From NCBI GenBank assembly GCA_965207075.1, contig CBDBLO010000002.1:640001-704000 (forward strand): a stretch of 64,000 nucleotides of DNA. Direction: 5' to 3'. The DNA comes from Nitrosopumilus sp. (GTDB lineage Archaea > Thermoproteota > Nitrososphaeria > Nitrososphaerales > Nitrosopumilaceae). Under the pieces are notes generated by a model. That model ran no database searches, was not told where the DNA came from, and saw only the letters and a program-made list of their open reading frames with translations. The translations under genes were made by a program, and so were the position numbers. Shown piece by piece: positions 30,829 through 41,684 of this stretch. How positions within the stretch are numbered: the first letter of the stretch is position 1; each line of letters starts with the position of its first letter.

Positions 30829-31793
30829 GCCGATGCCCCCCTCTCCTGCATGCGCAAGTCAAGCGTCTTTACGTCCAGCCCCAGCATGGACTGCCTCTCG
30901 TCGATCATCTTCTGCGCCTCGCATACCACGTCGGGATCGTCCCAGTACGTGGTCGCCATGACTATGGACCGCGCCCGCTCGGCCGCGTCGTCGGAGCTGA
31001 ATATGCCGGACCCGACGAATATCCCGTCGCATCCCAGCGACATCAGATACGCCGCGTCCGCTGGGGTGGCGATGCCGCCGGCCGCAAAGTTTACGACCGG
31101 CAGCCTTCCCAGCTTTGCAGTCTGGTCTAGAATGTCGTACGAGACGCGGAACTCCCTGGCCAGCCTTATCATGTCCTGCCTGTCCCCGGAGTCCCTGACC
31201 GCCCTTATGGCGCGCATCTCGTCGTTGAGCTTCTTGATGTGCGTGACAGCCTCGGCCACGTTGCCTGTCCCCGGCTCGCCCTTTGTGCGTATCATGGCCG
31301 CGCCCTCTTCTATGCGCCTGAGGGCCTCGGCAAGCGATCGCGCCCCGTTTACAAACGGCGTGGTAAAGTCCCACTTCCATATGTGGTGGGACTCGTCGGC
31401 GGGAGTTAGCACTTCAGACTCGTCGACCATGTCGACGTTGCAGGATGCCAGCACCCGGGCCTCGGCCACGTGCCCTATCCTGCACTTTGCCATCACGGGT
31501 ATCGTAACGGAGTCCATGATCTCCTCTATGATCTTGATGCTTGCCGTGCGGGCGACCCCGCCTGCGCGCCTGACGTCGGAGGGCAGCTTGTCAAGCACCA
31601 TGACCGACACGGCGCCCGCCTCCTCTGCGATTCTGGCCTGCTCCGTGTTGGTCACGTCCATGACGACCCCGTTTTTGAGCATGTGTGCGAACCCCCGCTT
31701 CAGCCTGGCGGTGCCCCGCATGGAATCGGCAGAGCCGGACTTGTCGCGGACGACCCCGGCCGCGTCGCCGCGCTGCCCCGACAGTGATATCAT
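30825..31793 (-). CDS. pdxS: PLP synthase lyase subunit
   Basis: [38 protein letters not shown]. Confidence 0.97.
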   Translation of the reverse strand: MISLSGQRGDAAGVVRDKSGSADSMRGTARLKRGFAHMLKNGVVMDVTNTEQARIAEEAGAVSVMVLDKLPSDVRRAGGVARTASIKIIEEIMDSVTIPVMAKCRIGHVAEARVLASCNVDMVDESEVLTPADESHHIWKWDFTTPFVNGARSLAEALRRIEEGAAMIRTKGEPGTGNVAEAVTHIKKLNDEMRAIRAVRDSGDRQDMIRLAREFRVSYDILDQTAKLGRLPVVNFAAGGIATPADAAYLMSLGCDGIFVGSGIFSSDDAAERARSIVMATTYWDDPDVVCEAQKMIDERQSMLGLDVKTLDLRMQERGASA

Positions 31794-32062
31794 ACGTGGG
31801 TCGACGCCTCAGGCTATTTTATCTATTTGCTATGGTTCCCGTGCATTATCTGGCGGCGGCTCCAACCCCCTTGAGATACGATCCGCTTCCTGCTGGCGTG
31901 CAAACCCCGGTGATTGTAGTCTGTGCCCAAAAACAGGCCGGGCCGTTAAGACGAATCGGAAGCCTTCTCATAGGGGTGCCTGTGTCCCAACCGGGCCATC
32001 GCCCGACAATGCAGAGGCCGGCCTTGGTTAATTTTAATAACAAAGACATCCTATCCAAAACA

Positions 32063-32230
32063 ATGACCACCGAGCAGAGTGAGGATGAAGAGATAAAGGA
32101 ACTAAAGTCCATCGCAGAAAAGGCGATAAAAGAAAACAGGGCTGTCTTTCAGCGACTGTCCGAAATCTGATGTGCGGGGGAATAACGGAGCAGGGCCTTG
32201 TGGCGCTGCACGACGTAGTTTGGCCTAAAA
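32063..32230 (+). pseudogene. small antitoxin-like ORF plus possible Doc-like toxin remnant
   Basis: MTTEQSEDEEIKELKSIAEKAIKENRAVFQRLSEI coupled by TGATG to ...ITEQGLVALHDVV. Confidence 0.4.
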
Positions 32231-32515
32231 ACGGGGCGCGCAGTCAAGACGCAACGGAGGCCTGCCGTGCTTCGTGCTCTCTGCGGCAGCTACAACGCGT
32301 GGTTCATGGCAGGCACCGTGCCGGCACGGCGCCATAACGTAACGGCTGGGGAGATGCTCACCACGCAGCGGCAGATCAAAGGCGCACTTTTGCTCCTTGC
32401 AGTACTCGTCGATCATAGGCAGGTATCAAAACCGTCGCCGTCCGAGTTAGCGTGAATACATTTGGGAGGATTGGAATTAGATAAAATTTAAAAAGATTAC
32501 CATGTATCTAATGCT

Positions 32516-32701
32516 ATGGAATACGACTACGACAGCACCATAAAGAAGTTCGAACAATTCAAAGCTGAAGAGGAGCGCCTGTTAAAGCGTGCCATCGCCA
32601 ACGGCCACGACAACTTGGCCGAATCAGTGAGGAAGTCAATAAGAGAGTATGAGGAATCAATAGCAGAGTGTACTAAGATACGCGACAAGCAGTCAGCGTA
32701 A
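32516..32701 (+). CDS. small helical 'YDY' protein, type A
   Basis: MEYDYDSTIKKFEQFK...; similar to 16994-17179. Confidence 0.8.
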   Translation: MEYDYDSTIKKFEQFKAEEERLLKRAIANGHDNLAESVRKSIREYEESIAECTKIRDKQSA

Positions 32702-32866
32702 GGCACGCAGATCTTCCAGCTCCTTTTCAGCATTCTCAAGGTTGGTTTTCACCACTTTTTCTACATCAGGGCAGCCGTGCTGCTGTGCCGATATTTGGGC
32801 TTCCTTTAACCACTCGATGCGCCTTTCAACGGCCTTAAGATCAGATTCGTAATCATATGGTTTCAT
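32693..32866 (-). CDS. small helical 'YDY' protein, type B
   Basis: MKPYDYESDL...EWLKE...HGCPDV...LRALR; similar to 17258-17428. Confidence 0.82.
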   Translation of the reverse strand: MKPYDYESDLKAVERRIEWLKEAQISAQQHGCPDVEKVVKTNLENAEKELEDLRALR

Positions 32867-33290
32867 GGTTTTCATAATTGTTTGCATTTTTAAATCTTAG
32901 TCAGCCCAATAGTGTATTAATTCACGCGGCCCTTGTATCGGTAGGACGACCTCTCCGTAACGCTCCTGTTCTGCCTTCATTATGTGAGGACGACCCCAAT
33001 CGGCCCAGCCCGATGGGCCCTGAAAACACTCTGATGGTTTACGTGCGGATGCATATTCTGACGGAAACTGGATTCTAAAGACGCCGTCAGAATTGCCTAT
33101 CTGAAGTACTCTTGAGAGTCGGACCTCGACATCGGGGGGATCTACATAGGTGGATTTACTGAAGAACAGAGTGTTCAGTAAGGGCACGACGGAAACCTTC
33201 TCCATAGAGGCGCCTGCCGCAGCAGGCCGGGGTTATGGCGCAGGGATGATAGTCCTTACCGCGGTCCTCGCCCCGCTGTCACAACCGCCA

Positions 33291-33833
33291 TCACGGCTGC
33301 CGCCTCTGCAGGTCCTCTATGATTCCGTCGAGCACCGACTCCACCATGGTGATTATGGGCGGTATGAATCCGGACGTGACGTTCTGCTCCGGCCAGTGGA
33401 GCTGGTTGGTCCTGCCGTTGAGCGTCACCTTTACGTTTGACTTTTGGTATTCGGTCGCGTTCTCAAACACCGGAAACGACTCCGACGGGATGGAGATGAA
33501 CCCCGTCTCCTTTATGAGGGCCCTGATCTTTGCGAGCTTTGCGTCGTCAAGCTTGGACTTTATGTCGGGCCTGAGGTACCCCTGGTCGGAGACTGTATAC
33601 CTCACCTCGCCGTCGTTCTTTATGACCAGGATCTCCGTGTACTGCGAGCCCACCCGCTCCGTTATGCCGTGCGAGACCTTTTTGAGCTGGTGCTTTGTAT
33701 ACTCGATGTCTATCGTGTCAAAGGAGTGGGCTGCTGACACGGGTATCTCGTTTTTGGTCAGGAGGGGCACAGAGATGAGGAGCGCCATGACTACTGGAAT
33801 GGCGCCCAGAGCAAGATAGAACGGCCTTACCAT
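33291..33833 (-). CDS. membrane-anchored hypothetical protein
   Basis: N-terminal TM segment then soluble domain; start MVRPFYL. Confidence 0.75.
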   Translation of the reverse strand: MVRPFYLALGAIPVVMALLISVPLLTKNEIPVSAAHSFDTIDIEYTKHQLKKVSHGITERVGSQYTEILVIKNDGEVRYTVSDQGYLRPDIKSKLDDAKLAKIRALIKETGFISIPSESFPVFENATEYQKSNVKVTLNGRTNQLHWPEQNVTSGFIPPIITMVESVLDGIIEDLQRRQP

Positions 33834-34004
33834 GCGGTATGTACGCCGTGTCGTCAAATAAGTTTGATTCCCAGCGCTTTGGGGCATGGCACGGTCTCCT
33901 GTGGTGTCTTGGGACGCAGGATGACGGGCATGAACCTTCAATGGGCCTGGATCATACTGCTGCCTCATATAGCTTAAAATTCAAGCATGCAGACGTAATA
34001 TTGT

Positions 34005-34154
34005 GGGGTCGTAGCCTAGCCTGGTAGGGCGACAGTATCTACACAGATCACCGCTAAGGGCTCCAGAGGTAAACTAAGCAAACTGACTCACGGATGATGT
34101 AAGTTTGGAGCTGTAGTGACCCGTAGGTCGCCGGTTCGATTCCGGTCGGCCCCA
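34005..34154 (+). tRNA. tRNA-Trp(CCA) with two introns (28/29 and 37/38)
   Basis: Acceptor ggggtcg/cggcccc; removing agtatc...gctaa and aggtaa...tagtg restores acggg-ctCCAga-cccgt. Confidence 0.85.
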
Positions 34155-34254
34155 CGTCCCCTTAACAGCGCGGTCACACTGACCGCGCGCGGCATGCACC
34201 GTGACGGCGCCCCCTCAGTAGCCCGTACGGTTCGTAACCGCATCGGAACCAAGA

Positions 34255-36546
34255 TCACGCGTCCTGCCCGTCCCGCCCGCGCTTGAGCACGTTGAGGGCG
34301 GAGCCCGCCTTGAACCATTCTATCTGGAGCTCGTTGTACGAGTGCGCCAGTTGTATGTCCTCCGACTCGCCGTCCGCGTGCGTTATCGTGCATGCCACGG
34401 GCCTGCCGGGCTCCATGTGCGACAGCCCGTGCAGGCTTATCCGGTCGTCCTCCCGTATGCGGTCATAGTCCGCGGTGTCCGCAAAGGTCAGGGCCAGCAC
34501 CCCCTGCTTTTTGAGGTTGGTCTCGTGTATGCGGGCAAGGCTTCTTGCAATGACCGCCGCGCATCCCAGGTAGCGCGGCGTCATTGCTGCGTGCTCCCTG
34601 CTGCTGCCCTCGCCGTAGTTGTGGTCCCCCACTATGACCCACTTCATGCGCTGCTCCTTGTACTGCCTTGCGATGGCCGCGAACTGCTCCGTCTTGCCGG
34701 TCAGCGCGTTCTTTCCGGAGCCCACCTCCCCCGTGAACGCGTTTACGGCGCCAAGCAGCAGGTTGTCGCTCAGCCTGTCAAGGTGGCCCCTCAGCGACAG
34801 CCACGCGCCGGCAGGTGAGATGTGGTCGGTGGTGCACTTGCCGCGGGCCTTTGCCATTACGGGTATCTCCTCGTAGTCCTGGCCGTCCCACGGCTCGAAT
34901 GGCTCCAGTCTCTGCAGCCTGCCGCTGTCCGGGTCTATCGCGACCCTTATACTCTCAGCATCCACTGCCGCGGGCGGCTCCACGTACACCGAGTCGGTGC
35001 CCGCGAACCCCCGGGGCGGCACCTCGGGCGCAGGCGGGGGCGGCTCGAGCACGTGCCTCGTGCCGTCTGCAGATACAAGCTCGTCCCTCGTGGGGTCAAA
35101 CGAGAGGCGGCCCCCGAGCGCCAGAGCTATGATCATCTCGGGGCTGCCGATAAAGTTCAAAGTCGAGCGCCTGCCGTCGTTGCGGCCGGGAAAGTTGCGG
35201 TTGAACGTCGTTACTATGGTGTTCTCGGCGCCGGGCTCAAGCTCGGGCCTGTTCCACTGCCCTATGCAGGGCCCGCAGGCGTTTGCAAGGACGGTCGCGC
35301 CTATGCCCCGCAGCGACTCCATCTGCCCGTCGCGCTCTATAGTGGCCCGTATCTGCTCGGAGCCCGGAGTTACGAGCAGCGGCGCCTTTGATGCTATGCC
35401 GAGCCTGCTTGCCTGCTCTGCCAGGCTGGCTGCGCGTGACATGTCCTCGTAGGACGAGTTGGTGCAGCTGCCGATCAGCGCCACGGAGATCTCGTCCGTG
35501 TACGAGTTTGACTCCACGTCCCTGGCAAGCCCCGAGATGGGCCTTGCCAGGTCCGGCGTGTGCGGCCCCACGATGTGGGGCTCCAGCTCGGAGAGGTTGA
35601 TCTCTATCACCTGGTCAAAGTACTTTTCGGGGTCGGCCTCGACTTCCGGATCGGCCGCGAGCAGTTCGTCCGCGTGCTTGTCTGCCAGATCCGCAATCTC
35701 GGCGCGCCCGGTCATCCTCAGGTACGCCGACATCCTCTTGTCGTACGGGAACACGGAGCAGGTCGCGCCTATCTCCGCGCCCATGTTCGTGATTGTCGCC
35801 TTGCCCGTGCAGCTTATCGATGAGGCGCCCTCCCCAAAGTACTCTACTATCGAGTTGGTGCCGCCGGATACAGTCAGGGTCTCGGCCACCTTTAGTATGA
35901 CGTCCTTGGGGGCCGCCCATCCGCGCAGGGAGCCGGTGAGCCTGACCCCGATCATCTTCGGATACAGCAGCTCCCACGGGCTTCCGGCCATAACCTCGGC
36001 TGCGTCAAGCCCTCCGACCCCGACTGCCACCATGCCGAGGCCGCCTGCGTTCGGGGTGTGGGAGTCGGTGCCTATCATCAGCCCGCCCGGGAACGCATAG
36101 TTCTCTAGAACCACCTGGTGGATTATGCCGGCGCCCGGCTTCCAGAACCCGCACCCGTACCTGGCAGCTGCGGTGCGCAGAAACTCGAAGACCTCGTTGT
36201 TCTTGCCAAGCGACGTCTTCATGTCCTCCTCGCCGCCGGACTCGGCCCGTATCAGGTGGTCGCAGTGGACCGTCGTGGGTATCGCGACGCGGCCCAGCCC
36301 GGTCTGCATGAACTGCAGCATCACCATCTGCCCCGTGACATCCTGCAGGGCGACCCTGTCGGGCCTCAGAAACACATAGTCTTTGCCCCTTGCGATGGGT
36401 GCGGACGGCGCGCAGTCGAGGTGCCCTGCAAGTATCTTCTCGGCCAGGGTCAGCGGCCCTGCGCCTGCCTTGCTGCGGTATTCCTCCAGCCTCTCGGACA
36501 TTGCGCCGTATGTGTCGCGCACCATCTCAAGCGTGGTCTTGCTCAT
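34255..36546 (-). CDS. acn: aconitate hydratase
   Basis: QDVTGQ, HCDH, GTDSHT, GSCTNSS, NACGPCIG, TTDHISPAG, GSSREHA. Confidence 0.96.
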   Translation of the reverse strand: MSKTTLEMVRDTYGAMSERLEEYRSKAGAGPLTLAEKILAGHLDCAPSAPIARGKDYVFLRPDRVALQDVTGQMVMLQFMQTGLGRVAIPTTVHCDHLIRAESGGEEDMKTSLGKNNEVFEFLRTAAARYGCGFWKPGAGIIHQVVLENYAFPGGLMIGTDSHTPNAGGLGMVAVGVGGLDAAEVMAGSPWELLYPKMIGVRLTGSLRGWAAPKDVILKVAETLTVSGGTNSIVEYFGEGASSISCTGKATITNMGAEIGATCSVFPYDKRMSAYLRMTGRAEIADLADKHADELLAADPEVEADPEKYFDQVIEINLSELEPHIVGPHTPDLARPISGLARDVESNSYTDEISVALIGSCTNSSYEDMSRAASLAEQASRLGIASKAPLLVTPGSEQIRATIERDGQMESLRGIGATVLANACGPCIGQWNRPELEPGAENTIVTTFNRNFPGRNDGRRSTLNFIGSPEMIIALALGGRLSFDPTRDELVSADGTRHVLEPPPPAPEVPPRGFAGTDSVYVEPPAAVDAESIRVAIDPDSGRLQRLEPFEPWDGQDYEEIPVMAKARGKCTTDHISPAGAWLSLRGHLDRLSDNLLLGAVNAFTGEVGSGKNALTGKTEQFAAIARQYKEQRMKWVIVGDHNYGEGSSREHAAMTPRYLGCAAVIARSLARIHETNLKKQGVLALTFADTADYDRIREDDRISLHGLSHMEPGRPVACTITHADGESEDIQLAHSYNELQIEWFKAGSALNVLKRGRDGQDA

Positions 36547-36741
36547 TGTTGTTACGATCCTGACGGGGGCCGGCCCGAATTTAACTCTAGACTGCGCCGT
36601 TGCTGGGACGGCGGTGCCATGCCGCAGGCGCCGACGCGGCGCCCTGCCGCCGCCGCCCTCCAAAAATACAATTATAAGCAAAAAGCAGCTATATAGGGCG
36701 TTGTCAGCCGTCCTCAGCACCGCCGCAGGGAGCCGCGCATA

Positions 36742-37377
36742 ATGGTCAACAAGGGCTTTCCAAAGTTCGGCATGTCGCAGGCAGGCGCGTTCGTGGCGGC
36801 CCTCAAGAACTACAACCTGCCGGACTTTATACTCGCGATGATAGCAAAGGAGTGCAAGTCCGACCTCTTGGAGCGCGGCAGGATAGACGACCGCCTGCAG
36901 AGCATGAACGACGATGCGCTCTCGATGCTCCACAGGATATTCGTAGAGTGCGAGGAGGACGAGGCCGGCAAGTACGCCCAGTACAGGTTCTACGCGTTCG
37001 TCTCAAGCGTGTACCACAAGTGCACCGTGCTGGTCAACGAGACCATCCCCGGCGCGTCGGGCAAGAACCACCGCGTTCAGGTCGCCGTCAAGAACGCGGG
37101 GGGCGTGTATATTGCGGTCGCCACGAACAAGGCCACCGGCAACCCCGTGGGCGCAAAGGACACGGAGAGGTTCTATAAAGTGGTCGACGACATAAAGAGC
37201 GGCGAGCAGGGGACGATGCTTACTGACGCCATATACGGATCCTCCACCGGGTTCAAGAGGGACGCCACCAAGGAGCTTGCGAGGCTCAACGGCCAGAGGC
37301 CGGACGACCCGGAGAACAGGCTGGAGTTCAAGGCGGCAAACTTTGAGAATACGATATACTCTGTGACAAAGTGCTGA
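36742..37377 (+). CDS. hypothetical protein
   Basis: Globular ORF with host-like GC codon pattern. Confidence 0.8.
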   Translation: MVNKGFPKFGMSQAGAFVAALKNYNLPDFILAMIAKECKSDLLERGRIDDRLQSMNDDALSMLHRIFVECEEDEAGKYAQYRFYAFVSSVYHKCTVLVNETIPGASGKNHRVQVAVKNAGGVYIAVATNKATGNPVGAKDTERFYKVVDDIKSGEQGTMLTDAIYGSSTGFKRDATKELARLNGQRPDDPENRLEFKAANFENTIYSVTKC

Positions 37378-37974
37378 TCAGCTCGATTCTTCGAGCGCGG
37401 ATGCATCCACGACAAGAAACGACGGCCTCCCCTCCGTAACCTCGTGCGAGCCGTCGTACTGGACGAACTCCAGCTGCGAGAAGACGTGCTTGGTCCACAG
37501 GTCGTGCACGTCCTGTATGTGGCGCTTGTTGCCTTTCATGCGCAGCATCTCGTGCAGTATCTGGTGCGATACGACGGTGCAGTTCTTCTCCGCGAAGAAC
37601 AGGTCGGCGTCCTCCTCCTTGGAGATGTCCGCATCCTTGGGGGACTGCCAGTACGCCATGCCAAAGTTCTCGGCGTGGTACCCCTCGCACGTGCAGTCGG
37701 TCCAGATGGGCCTGAAATACGTGAGGTAAAAGTGGTATGTGTTTTTGCCGCGGTGCTCGTGGTCCCTGACGAGCGTGTGCATGTTGATGCGGTCAAGCAC
37801 GCCGCGGGAGTTTGCGACGAGCTCGTCGCATTTGATCTCGTATGAGATGCCGAACTTTTCGCGTATCCAGGAGCCGTAGAACGCGGCCATCCTCTGGACG
37901 TAGTTATAGTCGCGGCCCGAGGCGGCCCTGGCCTGCTCGTGCTTTGTGACGAATATGAAGTGGAGTACGGGCAT
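37378..37974 (-). CDS. hypothetical protein, possibly metallopeptidase-like
   Basis: SHQILHE motif, CTC. Confidence 0.75.
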   Translation of the reverse strand: MPVLHFIFVTKHEQARAASGRDYNYVQRMAAFYGSWIREKFGISYEIKCDELVANSRGVLDRINMHTLVRDHEHRGKNTYHFYLTYFRPIWTDCTCEGYHAENFGMAYWQSPKDADISKEEDADLFFAEKNCTVVSHQILHEMLRMKGNKRHIQDVHDLWTKHVFSQLEFVQYDGSHEVTEGRPSFLVVDASALEESS

Positions 37975-38089
37975 TGCGGATGCTGTGTTTGTGCGGGTTA
38001 TTGGTGTTGTTGTGCTGCCGCTTGTGAGCGGGTGCTCGCAGCCATCCGCGGCGGTATGTGGAAATGAGAAAAAGTCAGTGGTGCGCGGC

Positions 38090-38329
38090 TCACGTCTGGC
38101 CCTCGATGCCCATCAGGGTGAGCGTCGAGCGGATCTTTTCGATCTTCCTGATCTTCCAGGTGATCGTCTCCCTGAGCTTTTCGACCGTCTCGGACTCGAT
38201 CTTTGCCAGTATGTCGTACGCACCAAACGTGCCGTGAACCTCGATGACGCCCTCAAGCCCCTTCAGCTGGCTGATGATGTCCTCCTCGGAGCCCAGCTCA
38301 CAGTTTATCAAGACATACGCTGTTGCCAT
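38090..38329 (-). CDS. Lrp/AsnC ligand-binding domain protein
   Basis: AYVLIN...GTFGAYDILAKIE...IRSTLTL. Confidence 0.92.
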   Translation of the reverse strand: MATAYVLINCELGSEEDIISQLKGLEGVIEVHGTFGAYDILAKIESETVEKLRETITWKIRKIEKIRSTLTLMGIEGQT

Positions 38330-38440
38330 GGCAGCTGTCAATACGGGGCATATATCAACAGTTCGCGCGGCGTCTGCGGCCGGTACGGCGTGCGCGTAAG
38401 AGCCGCCAGGTACGGCCCGGGCCGCCTGCCCGGGGCAGCG

Positions 38441-38857
38441 TCAGGACTGCTCTGACATCCGGATTACCTCGTCCCACACGTCCTCGGGGACAGGCATTAC
38501 GGACAGGCGCGATATGCGCAGGAGGTCCCACTCCGCCATCTTCTTGTTCTGTTTGATCTCTGCCAGCGTGACGGGCCGCCTCAGCGGCTTTTTGTATTTC
38601 ACGTCCACCACCACAAACCTCTCGTCTGCCTCCTCGGGGTTTGGATACGGCTTTGACGTCACCTGCATGATCCCGACTGCCCTCTTCTCCTTGCCCGTGT
38701 GGTAGAACAGCACTTGGTCGCCGGGCCTCATGTCGCGGATGTGCTTGAGCGCCAGGTTGTTGTGGACCCCGTCCCACATGGTGGTGCGGTCGCGCCTCAG
38801 CTGCTCAAACGAGTAGGCGCTAGGTTCCTGCTTTGCAAGCCAACGGTTTGCCAACAT
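38441..38857 (-). CDS. EVE domain protein
   Basis: WLAKQEP, WDGVHN, DMRPGDQVLFYH, RLSVMPV. Confidence 0.93.
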   Translation of the reverse strand: MLANRWLAKQEPSAYSFEQLRRDRTTMWDGVHNNLALKHIRDMRPGDQVLFYHTGKEKRAVGIMQVTSKPYPNPEEADERFVVVDVKYKKPLRRPVTLAEIKQNKKMAEWDLLRISRLSVMPVPEDVWDEVIRMSEQS

Positions 38858-39231
38858 GTCGAGTGGCAGGGCCCCCGCTATATGGCTTGGGATTGTGCCC
38901 CGGTTCTGACTCGCGCGGGATCATCGGTGCTTTAGCCAAACCCTCACCAGGTTCTCTAACCGGGGGTCGCCCTCTGTGTAGCACGCCTGGGTGAACCGAA
39001 AGTCACTGGTATCGGTACGATCGCATCATCCCGGTCCGTCTGCGTGCCTGCTCTTGGGCAACATGCGTTGCACAGACGATCTAAAAAGGATTTAGAATGC
39101 GTTACTTCTTGTCTATAGGACATACCCGTCCAACATTTGTGATCTGGGAAGACTAAATGAATTTGATGAGTTCATACAGTCAAACTCCTACATTGGTTGA
39201 TTCCTAGTTCTATTGCGAATTCGTGATATAG

Positions 39232-39352
39232 TCATCGCTTCGGTATCCTCTGGTCGGTTGAGTTCAGGTAGAGTCTCGAGTTCTGGATGATCGTTTTCCA
39301 TTTGTTCGGGCTCTTGGTGGTGATGCCTGCGGCTTCTGCCAAGGTCTTGCGG
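39232..39352 (-). pseudogene. IS6-like transposase C-terminal remnant
   Basis: Manual translation RKTLAEAAGITTKSPNKWKTIIQNSRL. Confidence 0.75.
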
Positions 39353-39353
39353 A

Positions 39354-39545
39354 TCAGTCCCGACAAAAGCTTAAGAGAATAACGAGCTGTACCAAGACGC
39401 TACAATTCAGTTGATTTCCCGATTCTTTACGATTCTTGTACAGTATTCGAACTAGTGAGACTGTTCCTGAACCTGCCTTTCTCGGCCTCGACTCGACCCG
39501 CCGTATCACGTCAGCCTCAATGGTCACGGTGATCTTGTGCTTCAC
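39354..39545 (-). CDS. ribbon-helix-helix-like small protein, possibly truncated
   Basis: MKHKITVTIEADVIRRVES N-terminus. Confidence 0.45.
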   Translation of the reverse strand: MKHKITVTIEADVIRRVESRPRKAGSGTVSLVRILYKNRKESGNQLNCSVLVQLVILLSFCRD

Positions 39546-39611
39546 ACGACAAAGTATGGCAGCGTGGGATTAAAATAAGGTGTGGCAATTCGACATCCTC
39601 GTATAGGAAGA

Positions 39612-40382
39612 ATGAACATGGTGGACAAATCGCGCCTGCGCCGGAGGCTAGCCACATGGCTCAAGCGCCACAAGCATTTGTACTCTTTGTATTCCCACAG
39701 GTTCCGCTATGTGACGTCGCCGTGGCGCGCACTCCCAGACTGGTACATCCTAGGGGCCCCGAAGTGCGCCACCTCTTCGCTGTACTGGTATATGGTGCGG
39801 CACCCGGACATAGACCCCGGTATCACGAAAGAGCCCTCGTTCTACTATACGCGGTGGGAATACGGTGAGTACCACTACAGGTCCATGTTCCCGATGCGGA
39901 GGCGCGGAAGACTCACGGGTGATGCCAGCGCTAATTACCTGGCGCACCCGCTGCCCGTCGCCGAACGCGCGCATGAGATGACCCCGGATGCAAAACTCAT
40001 AGTGATGATGCGCGACCCGATGGATCGGGCATACTCCCACTACCACATGAAGCGCCGCCGCGGGGTGGAGACCGAGCCGACGTTCGAGCGCGCGCTGGAG
40101 CTTGAGGCGCAACGGCACGCCGTGTTCATGGGTGGTGACCTGAGGGACGACCCGTGGCACATGTACATGGGGCACGGGGACTATGAGCACCACATTGAGC
40201 GGTGGAAGAAATGGTTCCCGGACGACTCCATACTGGCCATAGACTTTGACGAGTTCATCATCGACCCGCATGCCGTGCTTGCAAGGGTGTGGGATCACAT
40301 AGGCGTCAAACAAGTGCGACTGCCAGACATGGAGCCGCGGAACGTGGGTAGGTACCCTCCGCGGCAATCGGCCAAGGATTGA
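39612..40382 (+). CDS. PAPS-dependent sulfotransferase
   Basis: GAPKCATSSL (5'-PSB), KEPSFY, RDPMDRAYSHY (3'-PB). Confidence 0.92.
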   Translation: MNMVDKSRLRRRLATWLKRHKHLYSLYSHRFRYVTSPWRALPDWYILGAPKCATSSLYWYMVRHPDIDPGITKEPSFYYTRWEYGEYHYRSMFPMRRRGRLTGDASANYLAHPLPVAERAHEMTPDAKLIVMMRDPMDRAYSHYHMKRRRGVETEPTFERALELEAQRHAVFMGGDLRDDPWHMYMGHGDYEHHIERWKKWFPDDSILAIDFDEFIIDPHAVLARVWDHIGVKQVRLPDMEPRNVGRYPPRQSAKD

Positions 40383-40419
40383 GAGTCACGAATTCGCAAC
40401 AGAATGCATGATACACCTA

Positions 40420-40580
40420 CGCTGTACACGTCGCGATGGAGCGACCCCTGGGGTTCTATGGGCCAAGCACCCTCGCAACAGAATGGGACAGTCCGAGCTG
40501 CTGTATGACTGGGCTGCGCGTCCTGATGATTCATGCAGCTTCCGTTTCATCAGAGACATCCGCAAGGGAGGTGAGAAGAA
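40420..40580 (+). ncRNA. putative IS110 bridge/seek RNA region
   Basis: Target matches GGTTCTAT (40452) and TCGCAACAGAA (40473); donor matches GTATG (40503) and TCATGCA (40531); ends approximate. Confidence 0.7.
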
Positions 40581-40583
40581 AGG

Positions 40584-41684
40584 ATGAAGATAAGCATTGG
40601 AATCGACATTGGAAAGAGAAAATGTGACTACTGCATAGTCAACGGAAGGGAAAGGATCTTGGAACGCGGGCAGTACTTTAACACACAGGCGGACGCAAAG
40701 CAGTGAGCGCGAACGATACTCGGCAAATGCAGCAGGACGGGAAGGTGCACGGCCGCGTGCGAGACTGCCGCGAACATGTGGATTACGACGGTGGATACGT
40801 TTGAGCGCGCCGGCATTGCAATCAAGCTTGCCAACGCGTACAGGATGGCGCTGATCAACAAGACCGGGAAGAAGACCGACAGGATAAACGCAGAGAAGAT
40901 AGCGCAGATACTCAGAATGGGCTCGATACCAGAGTGCTACGTGCCGCCGGTATACACGCGCGGCGTCAGGAACATGGTGCGGCAGCACGTGCGGTTGGCG
41001 CAGGCCAGGATCAGGGTGGTAAATCAGGTTCACAACCTGCTTGACGCGCACGGCAGGGCCGTGCACGCGGCCAACACGTACTCGCTCAAGGCGCTGTCCT
41101 ATCTGGACGCGCTCAGCCTTGGCGACGCGCCGGACGACTTTATGCTGAGGCAGTGCGTCAGAAGGATAAGGCACTACAAGCGAGATTACGGAGATTGACA
41201 AGCAGCTGGAGGCCGAAGCCACCCAAAACGAGGATGCAAGGCTGCTTGCCAGCATGACCGGCGTTGGGACGTACACGGCCATACTCTTGGCATCTGAGAT
41301 ATCCGAGATATCCGAGATATCAAGGTCTGAGACTCCCAAGCAGATGATCTCGTGGGCCGGATTCTGTCCGACCGTCAGGCAGTCGGACAAGGAGACGCGC
41401 CTTGGGAGGATAAAGAAGATGGGCCCGACAGCCTAGTCAACTGGGCGATGTGCGAGGCCGCCAACGTGGCAGTCAGGTACGACGCGAGAATGAAGGCCGC
41501 ATACGAGGCTACCAGCAGGAGGCACGCGGGCAAGCACATGCTTGAAATTGTCGTGATGGCCCACAAGATGGTTCCCATAATGTGGCACATGCTGAAAACC
41601 AGGATCTCCCTAGAGTCACGCAACGAGGATCTGTACAGCCGCAAGCTGGCCGGGATGCAAAAAAAGCACCAGAACAAGGACTAG
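40584..41684 (+). pseudogene. IS110 DEDD recombinase, inactivated
   Basis: IGIDIGK, ACET, KKTDRINA, TGVG, SWAGFCPTVRQS; in-frame TGA at 40704 and later frameshifts. Confidence 0.92.

Noticed and set aside
32897-33205. 102-aa ORF beside the second YDY pair, and a search for TIRs around that pair
   Set aside because: No recognisable family, probably a gene remnant; no convincing TIR or TSD seen.
38900-39170. Short interrupted reading frame upstream of the EVE gene
   Set aside because: Contains stops and no identifiable motif.
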